Shown: piece after piece, positions 13,741-25,598 of the stretch
Numbering within the stretch: position 1 is the stretch's first letter
Layout of the letters: every line of letters starts with the position of its first letter
Assembly (NCBI GenBank): GCA_034780895.1
Contig: JAUZTB010000087.1
Coordinates: forward strand, 66,050,988-66,114,987
Length of the DNA: 64,000 nucleotides
Source: Rhynchobatus australiae
Lineage: Eukaryota
Direction of reading: 5' to 3'
Made by a program: the position numbers and the translations under genes
The notes under the pieces: model-generated
Told to the model about the DNA's origin: nothing
Databases searched by the model: none
The model's input: the letters and a program-made list of their open reading frames with translations, nothing else

Positions 13741-16184
13741 GAGAGGAGGAGTTGATAGTAACGAGACACGATTTGTGGAGAGGACCAAGGCTTTGGTTTG
13801 TGTCTCCCGTTTATTAGTTAATAATATATCCAGTAGTGGTAACAGCTCATGGGTGCCCTAGAGCCTCACACACTTCCTTGCTGGCCTTTGCCATTCACCA
13901 CCTGATCAAGCAACTTCATTACAACTTCAGCAGCTGTTGGACTTTGGCTTCCTTTCCCCACAACTTTTCTTCAGTCCTTCATTACTGTTCAAGGCCAATG
14001 TTGTGAACTCACTGTAACTGCCATCAGTCCTTTCCAGTTTGTGCCCAAAATCCCATTCCCACACACTCAACACCTGAGAACTCGACAAGATTTGAACTGT
14101 GCCTCCCTGGGTATGGGGCAAGTCATTTCTTCTCATCAGACCATCAAACAGGTGGGATTGGGAGGGAGGACACAAACACCTCAGTAATCATCCAGGAACT
14201 GTGGGGCTGTGGATACATGCACAGACATTGGCTCTGTAACATTAAGGACGAGGGGCAGTGTGGCTCCAAAAGGTGGTAAACTTGAATTCCAGCATGCAGC
14301 CCTGTCCCAGAAGCAATAAATGGCAGCAGATGCAATGCCTTCATAGTTGGAGCAGACGCCACTCAGGAAGGACCCTCAGACACACAGGGAGCAGGAGAGG
14401 TCCTGTGCTTGGTAAGTGAAAAGACACTAAATGTAGTACTTCAGTTCAATAGTTTATAATTCTCAGTTACATTTAAACTGGTATGTTTAAATAATAATTA
14501 TAGTTACAATAATTATATATTCATGCTTAATTCTCCTATTTTTAAGAAGACTTAAAAATTCTTAAAATGAAGGCACATCAACTCCATCAGAATATGTGCA
14601 GGTGAGCAGAAACAGAGGCTGATATTCTTGCACATCCCAACGGGCAGCCAAACTAACCTCAAGGAACGCAGCTTTGAATATGGTGAGATAACAGCAAAAT
14701 ACAAATAGCGCCTCTGAGCTTTGCTGGGTGTTGGGCATGAGCTGTTGCTCATGCTGGGAGCTCACTGGGTTTGCCTGACTCCTTAAAGGTGCTATATAAA
14801 TATAAGTTGTTGGTGTTGCCACATCTGGAGCCTGTACTGTTATGGTTCTCAAGGCCTACTAAATGGAATGGTTCCCAGTTCACGGGGGCCTTTGAGCTGT
14901 TTCAGCTATAACATTTAAGAAGAAACTAAGTAAGTATACTCAGCAGAAAAGAGTAGATTGTACTGGTAAATAGTGAAGAAATAAAATGGGAAGAGACTTA
15001 AATGGAGCATAAGCAATGGTGAGGATCAGTTGACCAGGCTATTGAACTAACCTTGGATGAACTGTTGGGAGTTATTGAACTAATTATTGAATAAAAACAC
15101 CACAGCTCTATTGGAGTGTACCTAAAATGTCTAGGTCTAAGTCAAGTCAGTTGTGGAAAATCATCGCCCTTCAGCATCTTCTCCAGACTCCGGCGAGCAC
15201 CTTCGCAAGTAAAACAAAGACATCGAGCCATCAGGCCACGACAGACTGCTTATTACAGACTGCTTCTGTGAATTGATGCCATTAAACAATTAACTGCTCT
15301 ACTAAAGAAGTGAGTATGCATAAATTGAAAGGAGAGACAATGTTGCCTTTGTAGCAGCTTCAGGTCTGCCTTGTAAGGGGGCACCTAATAATGCGCTGAT
15401 TTACTATTAGTCCTNNNNNNNNNNNNNNNNNNNNNNNNNAGGATGTTATCAAACTACGACATCACATTGACAGAAGGTTACTTGTTTTTCGCAGGAAAGA
15501 GACCACAGAAAAATCAGGAATTAAACAGAGGCAAGTCTTGCAGCTTCCACACTCTGATCTTCTAGATGAACCTGTCCTGCTCACAAGGAAGTGCTTGATC
15601 CTATATGTTTTGAGCTATGTGGCCAACACTCAATTCTATGAGCATTTCAAGTGTCAGCGTGGGATCATGTGGGCAGCTGTCAGGGAAATCTCCATTCACT
15701 GGAGCAAGTTGCTCTGCAAGTGACTGAGATCGATTTAATGTACATAATTTATATACAACTATTTTCCACCAACAGCATTTTCTGCAGATTTTAGCTTGTT
15801 TGTACTGGAAGAAGTTGCTGTAGCTTCTCTTTGAAGGGACTGTTTTCTGGGTGAATTGATTTTGTTCAGTGTGCAATAGACTACTTACCGTGAGACACAG
15901 ACTCCCACGTTCCCCTCCAAACCCCAAGTCTGGCTGATGTGACATTGTCAATAAACATTAGTCATAAAGTCAGAAAGTGCAAAAAGGCCCTTCATTATAA
16001 CCATCAATTACCCATCTGTACTAATTCCTCACACCAGCATTTGGTCTGTAGCCTTCCATGACGTGGGAATTCAAGTGTTTCTCTAGATGGTTCATATTGT
16101 TAATAACAAAAAAAATTAACAAGCATCTCATTGCAGTTCTGACCTCTTTTCTTGGCCTATGCAATGTTGGACAGATTCTTGTGA

Positions 16185-16640
16185 GTGAAAAACACCATGA
16201 TACTGGAGGAACTCAGCAGGCCAGGCAGCATCCATGGAGAAAAACAGACAGTCAACANNNNNNNNNNNNNNNNNNNNNNNNNNNNNNNNNNNNNNNNNNN
16301 NNNNNNNNNNNNNNNNNNNNNNNNNNNNNNNNNNNNNNNNNNNNNNNNNNNNNNNNNAAACAGACAGTCAACATTTCAGGTCAGGACCCTTCCTCAGGAA
16401 TGAAAATAGGAAAAGGGGAAGCCCAGTAAAGAGGAGGGGAAAGCAGAGCAGTGATAGGTGGACAGAAGAGGGGAGGCGGGCTTCCCCATTTCCTATCTTC
16501 AGTCCTGAGAAAGGGTCCTGACCCAAAAAGTTGACCGCCTGCGCTTTTCTCCACAGATGCTACCTGGCCTGCTGAGTTCCTCCAGCATCATAGTATTTTT
16601 CATCTAGATTTCCAGCATCTGCAGTCCTTTGTTACTCTAG
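16185..16640. mobile_element. Penelope-like inverted-arm repeat (hammerhead-bearing)
   Basis: Arms tgatactggaggaactcagcaggccaggcagcatc and gatgctacctggcctgctgagttcctccagcatca form a near-perfect inverted pair; same family as 62897-63870. Confidence 0.65.
16365..16402 (-). ncRNA. Minimal type I hammerhead ribozyme motif
   Basis: Minus strand reads CAUUC-CUGAGGA-A-GGGUCCUGACCU-GAAAU-GUU-GACUG. All conserved core nucleotides are present, with G-U wobbles consistent with CpG decay. Confidence 0.65.
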
Positions 16641-16871
16641 ATACTTGGGAGTCACTTACAGTTTGTTGGACCTTGCCAGGCATTGACTAAAAGTGACAGC
16701 TCTTCAGAAGGGCCTGTTGACAGTTTGGGGAATTCCAGAACCACTTTCACTTATAGGTGTGATATTTTAATCCTGACATGGAAACAAGAGGTCACTATCA
16801 TTGTGCAAGGCTCGCCTCTGAAAGTCGTTACATGGGTTGACTTGGTAAGCAATATCTTGCCCACTGTCTTG

Positions 16872-17325
16872 GTATTGGTACTGTTATATTATTGTCACTT
16901 GTACCGAGGTACAGTGAAAAACTTGTCTCACGTACCGATCGTACAGGTCAATTCATTACACAGTGCAGTTACATTGAGTTAGTACAGAGTTCATTGATGT
17001 AGTACAGGTAAAACAATAACAATACAAAGTATCACAGCTGCAGAGAAAGTGCAGTGCAATAAAGTGCAAGGTCACAACAAGGTAGATCTTGTCAGAATCC
17101 ATCTCATTGTATAAGGGAAATGTTCAATAATCTTATCACAGTGGGGTAGAAGCTGTCCCTGGTCTGGTGGTATGTGCCTTCAGGCTCCTGTATCTTCCAC
17201 CCGATGGAAGAGGAGAGAAGAGTGAATGTCCTGGGTGGATGGGGCCTTTGATTATGCTGGCTGCTTCACCAAGACAGCAAGAGGTAAAGACAGAGTCCAA
17301 GGAGGGGAGGCTGGTGTCTGCATGA
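16872..17325 (-). mobile_element. Rex1/Babar-like LINE 3' end
   Basis: Peptide AASIIKGPIHPGHSLFSPLPSGGRYRSLKAHTTR. Confidence 0.78.
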
Positions 17326-17471
17326 CCCATGCAGATATTTTTTCACGGATCTGATGTGCAACAATGTCTGGCTGGCAACAAAGGTGTCACGACTGGCAGA
17401 TATTTTAGGAAAAGTACGGTACAAACCTGTCAGGCAGCTTGTCCAGTCATCTTACTTGAGAACCCAGGAGG

Positions 17472-17990
17472 TTTATTTTTATTTCAAAATTAAAATTTAT
17501 TCATAATAAAAAAATATATACAAAGGAAGAAACAGTGCAAAAAACTTTTACATTCATGGTTGTTATATTTAGTTTAAACTTTTAAAGAAAAACACAAACA
17601 TAGCACCATTGCCATTCACGTAGATCCCTGAGATGATACCCCTTTTATTATTCGAGGGGTTTCCTCATCCACCTCTGCCCCTCCGTGTGCAGTGGCGGAA
17701 GGGGCCTATACTGTGGTCCTTGCCTACAGAGCCTCTGTGTTGGAGTGATTGGCAGAGTGAGAGTGGCTGCACCCAGCTTCAGTGCGTCCCTTAGCTCATA
17801 CTCCTGCAGCCTGGAATGTGCCAGTCGGCAGCATTCCCTTACAGACACCTCGCAGTGCTGGATGACCAACAAGTTTCTGGCAGACCAAAGGGCGTCCTTC
17901 ACCGAGTTGATGACGTTCCAGCAGCCCTTGATGTCTGTCTCAGTGTGTGTCCTCGAGAACAGCCCATAGATCAGAGAGTCCTCTGTTACG
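17472..17990 (-). mobile_element. Tx1-like (L1 clade) LINE 3' end
   Basis: Peptide CWNVINSVKDALWSARNLLVIQHCEVSVRECCRLAHSRLQEYELRDALKLGAA; A-rich tail. Confidence 0.75.
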
Positions 17991-18089
17991 CCAGCAGGCG
18001 ATTAAAGTAGCAAGAGTCTGATCAGGAATCAACAGCAAAAAGCAAAGCAAAGCATCTGCTGCCTGGCACTCACTGCACCATAGTGCAGT

Positions 18090-18450
18090 CAGGTATGGCT
18101 CAGTAGGTTGCACTCTTGCTTCTGAATCAGAAGGATGCTGGTTCAACACTCCTCTCTGGAGATTTAAGTAAAATACCAGGGCTGAGCCAGTAGAGCAAAA
18201 GTGCTGCGCTGTCAGAGGAGCCATCTTACAAATGAGGCATTAAACTGAAGGCCCGGATGCATTTTAAAGTGTGCTGGAGTTTTCCCAAAATCTCAGCAAA
18301 TATTTACCCCCCGACTGACATCATTGGAACAAATTATTTAGTCGTAATTTTTTTGTATGTAGGAGCTTGTGCAATATCACACATTAATTTCACTTCAAGA
18401 ACAACAGTAACTTCAATACAATTGTGTTCTGAAGATGTGAAAGGTGCTAC
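18090..18450 (+). mobile_element. Deu-domain SINE (SacSINE1-like)
   Basis: tRNA-like head (tggctcagtagg..ggttcaac), central gtgctgcgctgtcagaggagccatctt..gatgaggcattaaactga and an L2-like tail. Many decayed copies elsewhere (~6960-7355, 10480-10720, 27600-27920, 39560-39855, 47710-47940, 48835-49110, 51440-51665, 58570-58750). Confidence 0.55.
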
Positions 18451-18513
18451 AAAAATGGACAGATGAGGATCAAACATTTGGCAGAGAGCGGAAACTGTCA
18501 TTGCCCAGTGAAC

Positions 18514-18890
18514 CATAGAATTGTACAGCACGGAATGAGGCCCTTTGGCCCATCTCATCCATGCTGGCTATGATGCCCATCTTTGCTAATCCCATTTGCC
18601 TGCATCCCTCTACACCTTTCATAGCCAAGTACCAGTCCAAATGCTTTTTAAACATTGTAATGGTGTCTATCTCTACCACCTCCTCTGGCAGCTTGTCCCA
18701 CACACCCATCACCCTCTGTGTGAAAACCTTGCCCCTTAGATCTCCTTTAAATTTCTCCTCTCTTGCCCTAAACCTAAGCCCTCTAGCTCTGGACTCCCTT
18801 GCCCTGAGAAAAAGACTGATTATCTATCCTATGTATGCTCCTCAATTTTATAAACCTCTGTAAGGTTATCCTTTGCCCTCCTACCTTCTG
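18514..18890 (-). mobile_element. CR1 LINE 3' end
   Basis: Peptide GVWDKLPEEVVEIDTITMFKKHLDWY. Confidence 0.8.
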
Positions 18891-19339
18891 ACCATCTGGT
18901 AAGGTAAGCTACAGCACTGAGGTAGGTTTCTGCGTTGTTTGAATTTATCCTCGATCTGTCTCTTGCAACAGCAAGAGATCGAGGACCTCACCCCAATCCC
19001 CGAAGGACAAAGATTGTGTATAATTTACACTGAACTCACTACCTCACTCAAAAAAAAAGATTGAGAAGAATGGGCAGTGAAGGAAATGGAAAGATCCATC
19101 CTGCCACAGCACAGAGTGATTGGCAGAGTGAGAGTGGTACTTTATTCTGATTCACTGTTAAACAGGTGGATCATTTTGCTACAAGCAACATTGTGGGCTG
19201 AAAGGCCTGTTCCAATGCGGTACTGTTCTATATGTTCTCTGCTGGTGCACTATCTGTGCAGTGCATGGAGAAGGACAAGAATCAAATCTCTAAGCTGTTC
19301 ACATTTGTAAACATAAACATAAAATATGACCCTTGACAA

Positions 19340-19690
19340 TACAATGAGGAGTTATTTCCCCTAGCTAAGCAGTCTAGAACTAAGCCTCAATCTCAAAACA
19401 AGGGGTGGGCCATTTTGGACTGAAATTAAATGGGAAGAAATTTATTCGCACAGAAGATAACAAATCTTTGGAATTCTCCACTCTGGAGGATTTGGAGGCT
19501 CAGTCACTGAATGTTTCCAAAATGGAGATCGATAGCTTTCTGGATACTTGAGGAATCAAAAAGATATAGAGAGAGAGAGCTGGGAAAAGGTGTTGAGGTA
19601 AAAGATCAACCATTGTCTTGATGAATGATAGGTCTGACTCAAGGGACTGAGTGGCCTGCTCATGCTCATTTTTCTCATGTTCTTAATGTA
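19340..19690 (+). mobile_element. CR1 LINE 3' end, degenerate
   Basis: ctttggaattctc...ggaggctcagtcactgaat..gagatcgatag and the CR1 3' tail. Confidence 0.6.
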
Positions 19691-21086
19691 CATTTCCATC
19701 CAACTTGGGAATGTTGGTGAGTTGGACCAAGCCTCTGTCTGTTATTTAAGAAGAAAAATAATTAACAAGTATTCATCACATTTCACTATTGGGCTATGCA
19801 TTAGCAAACCAATTTTATTTCTTAGTTGGGGCCTTCTAAAGAGAGTCTACATGATGGAATGTACAAGGTCATAAAAATTCCTAGATAACTGCAATATCTT
19901 GTGCCAACCTATNNNNNNNNNNNNNNNNNNNNNNNNNNNNNNNNNNNNNNNNNNNNNNNNNNNNNNNNNNNNNNNNNNNNNNNNNNNNNNNNNNNNNNNN
20001 NNNNNNNNNNNNNNNNNNNNNNNNNNNNNNNNNNNNNNNNNNNNNNNNNNNNNNNNNNNNNNNNNNNNNNNNNNNNNNNNNNNNNNNNNNNNNNNNNNNN
20101 NNNNNNNNNNNNNNNNNNNNNNNNNNNNNNNNNNNNNNNNNNNNNNNNNNNNNNNNNNNNNNNNNNNNNNNNNNNNNNNNNNNNNNNNNNNNNNNNNNNN
20201 NNNNNNNNNNNNNNNNNNNNNNNNNNNNNNNNNNNNNNNNNNNNNNNNNNNNNNNNNNNNNNNNNNNNNNNNNNNNNNNNNNNNNNNNNNNNNNNNNNNN
20301 NNNNNNNNTTCTTTTTATAAGTAACCTGGGTCTGCTGGGACCTGTCTTGACTACGCCATTGACTCCCCCCACCCCCCACCCCACCCCACCCCACTACTAA
20401 CATCTGTCTTCAGAATGAGCTGGTAACCCGACACCTTCCCAAGTCTACATCAAAAGAGTCATGATTGTGTTCTGGGGAACAGCAGGAATGTTCTTCCCAG
20501 AGTCCTAATAGGAATTACCTGACCATCAACAATTTGATGATTGTGGGATCTTGCTATATTGAAATTGCCATTTTTGTTTCCCCACATTATAGCAATGACT
20601 ACACTTCAAGGTACTTGATTGGCTGTGAAGTGCTTTGGGATGTCCCAGAATTGTGAATGGGGCTTTGATAATTCAGGTATTTCTTTTTAACTGCCATCAA
20701 AANNNNNNNNNNTGATGCGCAGTTTCCAGATATAAATAGAAACGCTGTCAAATCTGGTAAAGGGTTAGGAAAACAACTGAGCTGTGTTTCCGTGATGCTT
20801 TAATGCACTTGATGAATTTTTCATAATTTTGCATGTAAATGATGCTCCTATTTATCTCAGTCTGATGCCAGGAACTGAGGGGGGTCGGTTAACTAAACAA
20901 AGTTATATCCATCAGGTGCCAGCAAAATTCATTCAAATCGGTGGGGTAGAATTTACCTGTACTATCCTACTGACTTTCTTTCATCTGATGAAGTAGTGAA
21001 ACGGACTGCCAGGTTGCTGCTACTACTGCAATAAGACGTATCACCGACCTCCCCACCCACTTCTGAAGTTCAGTAGATGTCGGTTT

Positions 21087-21425
21087 GGGTGGTGCAGTGG
21101 CTCTGCTAGTAGAGCTGCTGTCTCATGGCTCCAATGACCTGGATTCAATCCTGACCTGTGGGGAGTTTGCACGTTCTTCCTTGTGACCATGTGGGTTTTC
21201 TTCCTGTGCTCTGGTTTCCTTCCACATTCCAAAGACATGTAGATTGGTAGGGTAAATGGTCACTTAAATTGCCCCTGGTGTGTGTACCTGAACAGTAGAT
21301 TCTAGGGGAATGTGGGAAGAATAAAAAGGGATTAGCATAGGATTAGTGTAAACGGGTGCTTGCTGGTTGGTGTGGACTCAGTGGGCTGATGGATCTCTTA
21401 CCAAGCTAATGGCTCCATGACTCTA
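21087..21425 (+). mobile_element. V-SINE (older subfamily)
   Basis: ggtgcagtgg..ggattcaatcct..tgctctggtttccttccacattccaaagac. Confidence 0.7.
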
Positions 21426-21863
21426 TGGCCTTAATGTAAGAGTTACTTAAATGTTGTGTACTGCCAACCGATAATCTGCACAGCACTTGGAAGCTTCGGC
21501 AATCAGTCAGGAGCCATTGACTTCGTCAGTAAATGTGTCCATGCACCACCCTTTCCACAGGAGATGATGTGCATCATAGAGAAGCAAGCATGGAGCAGTA
21601 AAAGGCTGCTAGAGCAATGCACAAAGATTACATTGTGCTTTTACAGGAAATGAACCTCGCCATCCATCCGCACATTCACTGCATTTACCGCGGTCCAGAC
21701 TTCCTCTCCCACTAAAGCAAATGCTGTGGTACATTTGAATAATCCCCCCTTTGGTAGCCTAATGTCTCACATTGCTAGCCAGTGATCCCATGACACATTG
21801 CAGCCTCTTTTATCATGTTGAACACACCGTACGGATGCCAGTTATTGAAATGAACCATAGAAT

Positions 21864-22172
21864 CATGGAATACCACAGTCAAACAGCCCTAGAGCTCATG
21901 GAGTCCACGCGACTGTGTCACTAATCTGACACTAATCCTATTTCATTCTCCAACATTTCCATCAATTCCCCTCCAATTCTACCAGTTACCTGCACACTAG
22001 GGGCAATTTAACCTACCAACTAACACCACTTCGGAACGTGCGAGTAAACCAGAACACTCAGAGGAAAGGCGGACACGGGGAAAACGTGAAAATTCCACAC
22101 AGACAGCACTAGAGGTCTGGATCGAGCCCAGGTTGCCGGAGCGGTGAGGAAGCAGCTCTACTTACTGTGCAC
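21864..22172 (-). mobile_element. V-SINE (older subfamily)
   Basis: Same family as 25258-25598 and 39935-40135. Confidence 0.6.
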
Positions 22173-22835
22173 TGAACCGTCCTCTGTACCTGCAGCTTAT
22201 ACAGTGGAGACTGTTGCTCCACTCACCTGCTGAGGCAGCACCTAAAAATACCTGAATGCAAGGCTCATCTTAGCCTCGGACGATTAGCCACTAGTATTTC
22301 CATATTTCCTGCCCAAGGTATTTCCATATTTCAAACAAACATCACAAACCCCTCCCTTTTCCTCTGAAACATTACTAATTGCTTATCAGTTTTCAATTAC
22401 ATCTTTCTGCTTGAGCCAACATTTTCATGATGTAAATAGAGGTAAGCTTTGAAACTGGCAATAGCCCTGACTTGGAGGAACATCAGTTAGTGCTGGCTGA
22501 GGCTCTAATCGTTCTTTAACAGACCCCCACAGGATTCAGGGACTGAAAGGTATGTCAAAAGGTATATCACGTTTAATTAAAAGCTTGCAATTTCTTTTTT
22601 TGATACGTATATCGGGGGATTTATTTAAGAACCCACTCCACCCTGAAGTTTGGACAACAGCATAGTTGAGAGAGCAATTCCATCAGAGTACATTCACCGA
22701 AAACCTCACAAATTCCACTGTAGTTTCACCGATCTGCAGGAACATTGAATGGAATCAGGAATCACCGAAATACTTGACAGTTCACACAGCATCCAGGGAG
22801 GGGGAAGCTGACTTAGAGTTCCAGCTTCAAGGCGT

Positions 22836-23405
22836 CAGTTAGACCACATTTGGAATATTGTGAGCAATTTTGCGCCACGTATCTAGGGAAGAATGTTCTG
22901 GCCCTGGAGAGGATCCAGAGGAGGTTCACAAGAATGATCCCGGGAATGAAAGGCTTAACATGCAAGAAGCATTTGAAGTGTCTGGGCCGGTACTCGATGG
23001 GAGTTCAGAAGGATGATGGGGATCTCGTTGAAACCTAGAGGATGCTGAAAGGCCTGGATAGAGTGGAAGTAGAGAGGATGTTTCCATTAGTGGGGGAGTC
23101 CATGATCAGAGGGTACAGCCTCAGAATAAAGGGACATCCCTTTAAGACTGAGATGAGGAGGAATTTCTTCAGCCAGATGGTGGCGAATCTGTGGAATTTG
23201 TTGCCACAGAGGGCTGTGGAGGCCAAGTCACTGGCAGAGATTTAAGGCAGAGATTGATAGGCTCTTGATTGGTAAAGGGGTTAAGAGTTTATGGGGACAA
23301 GGTAGCAAGAATGGGGTTGAAAACAGAAATCAGCCATGATTATATGGCAGAGCAGACTCAATGGGCTGAATGGCCTAATTCTACTCCAATATCTTTTGGT
23401 CTTCA
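22836..23405 (+). mobile_element. CR1 LINE 3' portion
   Basis: Peptides LEYCEQF..ALERIQRRFTRMIPGMKGL and EMRRNFFSQMVANLWNLLPQRAVEA. Confidence 0.88.
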
Positions 23406-23892
23406 TGACTTTTTAAAATCAGAACTAGAAACAATAAGAGATTTAATAGATTTCAATAGGAAATTAGAAGACATAAAAGAAAAGACGGATGGGTAAGGTA
23501 GTACCCAAAGGAGGCACACAATAGGGCCAAATGAGGAGAAATTAAGACAAAAGGGATGTAGGTGAAACACAGAAGGAAATGGCTTCCTTCCTACCCAGCT
23601 TGTTTCTGAACCAGCTGAAAACTTACTACATCTACAGCTTTTACAAGTTCTGGCAGAAGGTCACCAACCTGAAATATTGACTGTGTTCCTTTCTCAAGAT
23701 GCTGGTTGACCTGCTGAGCATTTCTATCATTTATTAGTTTAATTCACATTTCTAGAATCCATATAATTTTGCTTTTGTACAGGAATGCTTTTGCAGAGTG
23801 ATCACTTTGTATGCAAAAAGAAACAGCTTATAAGTATGAAAATGGTTGATGCCAAGTGGTCCATCTGTTTTTTTTCCTCAGTTTCACCACAA

Positions 23893-24165
23893 TGGTGAAA
23901 GTAGAAGGGCAGCAAAACCACTGGAAATATCACCACCTGGAAGTTACCCTCCAAGACACATATCATCCCAACTTGGAAATATATCACTGTTCCTTCACCT
24001 TCACTGGGTCAAAATCCAGGAACTCCCTCCCTAACAGCATCGTGGGTATATCCACACCTCAAGGACTGCAGCGGTTCAAGAAGGCAGCTCAAGGCCAACC
24101 AGGTACAGGCAATTAAATGCTGGATCAGCTTGCAAAGCCCCATATCCTTTGAATGAATAAAAAAA
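23893..24165 (+). mobile_element. LINE 3' end (second CR1-like family); related copy at ~11660-11945
   Basis: tgggtcaaaatccaggaactccctccctaacagca..ggactgcagcggttcaagaaggcagctca..gaatgaataaaaaa; its tail is shared with SINE-like copies at ~8310-8640, 13125-13430 and 31000-31085. Confidence 0.6.
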
Positions 24166-24375
24166 TGGTCCAACTGGAAATCAAAACTGTCCACTAAAGC
24201 CTGTACATTTGCAGCAAGACTTCCCTGCTTTTGAGCTCCAAATAACTCGCAATAAAGGCCTATAATATCCCACTTCACAACTTTCTAGCAGCATCTTTAT
24301 GTCCATACTTATAATAGAAAGTCTTTATGCCAACATCTGCTTGCCCCTGTAAGCAGAACTGCTGTTTTTTTTTCA

Positions 24376-24606
24376 CATTTACACATTTACAGCGTGGTAA
24401 CAGGTCCTTCCGGCCCAACAAGTCTGCGCTACCCATTTTAACCTACCCATACGTCTTTGGAATGTGGGAGGAAACCGGAGCACCCAGAGGAAACCCACGC
24501 AGACACTGGAGAATGTACAAACTCCTTGCAGACAGCGACGGGAATCGAACCTCGATCGCTGGCACTGTAATAGCGTCACGCTAACCGCCATGCTACCATG
24601 CCGTGC
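24376..24606 (-). mobile_element. V-SINE (HE1-like)
   Basis: Close copy of 4137-4382 with B box ggttcgattccc. Confidence 0.8.
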
Positions 24607-24761
24607 TTTCATCTCCAATTTGTAGACAACCTGTACAGGCTATAGAGAGTGATGGTGGGAGAGGGCTCAGTGGAGCATTAGCACTGCAATAGATTAAAAG
24701 GGTTAAATAATCTGTTCACATGCTATAATAAAAATATTATTTATCTATTCAAGCATTTATT

Positions 24762-25155
24762 CTCACTGCCTCAATAAAGCAGCCAACATAATCAAAGACC
24801 CCACCCACCCCAGGCATTCGCTTTTTCTTCCCCTGTCGTCAGGCAGAAGATATAAAAGCCTGAAAGCACGTACCACCAGGCCCGAGGACAGCTTCTATCT
24901 CGCCATTATAAGACTATTGAACAGTTCCTAGTATGATAAAATTGACTTTTGACCTCACAATCTACCTCGTTATGGCCTTGCACATTATTGTCTGCCTGCA
25001 CTATGCTCTCTCTGTAACTGTAACACTTTATTCTGCATTCTGTTATTGTTTTCCCTTGTACTATCTCAATGCACTGATGTAATGAAATAGCATGTAAAAC
25101 AAAGTTTTTCACTGTACCTCAGTGCATGTGACAATAATAAATCAATTTACCAATT
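24762..25155 (+). mobile_element. Rex1/Babar-like LINE 3' end
   Basis: ataatcaaagaccccacccacccc..ggcagaagatataaaagcctgaaagcacgtaccaccagg; tail gtgacaataataaa. Confidence 0.75.
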
Positions 25156-25257
25156 TATTTTACAGGCTGGTGATGAGAAGATGGGAAGCCAGCTGAACTA
25201 AGTACTGAAGAGAGCTGGACAGTGGGGTTAGTCAGAGAAAGAAAGGGAATAGGTAGG

Positions 25258-25598
25258 GTCATGGAGTCATTGAGAGATACAAAACACAAACGGGTCCTCA
25301 GCCACCAAGTCCATGGCGACCATCAATCACCCATTTACATTAATTCTTTAGTTTGTTCTCCCCACATTTTCTTTAACTCCCCCCAGATTCTACCACTCAC
25401 CTACACACTGGGAGCAACTTACAGTGGGCAATTGGCCTACCAGATTGCATGTTCTTGAGATGTGGGAGGAAACAGGAGCACCCAGAGAAAACCCGTGCAG
25501 TCACAGGGATAACAGCCAAGATATACAGACGGCAGCAGAGGTCAGGACTGGACACGGGTGACTGGCGCTGTGAAGCAGCAGCTCTACTAGCTGCGCTA
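25258..25598 (-). mobile_element. V-SINE (older subfamily)
   Basis: gatgtgggaggaaacaggagcaccc core in antisense. Confidence 0.65.
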
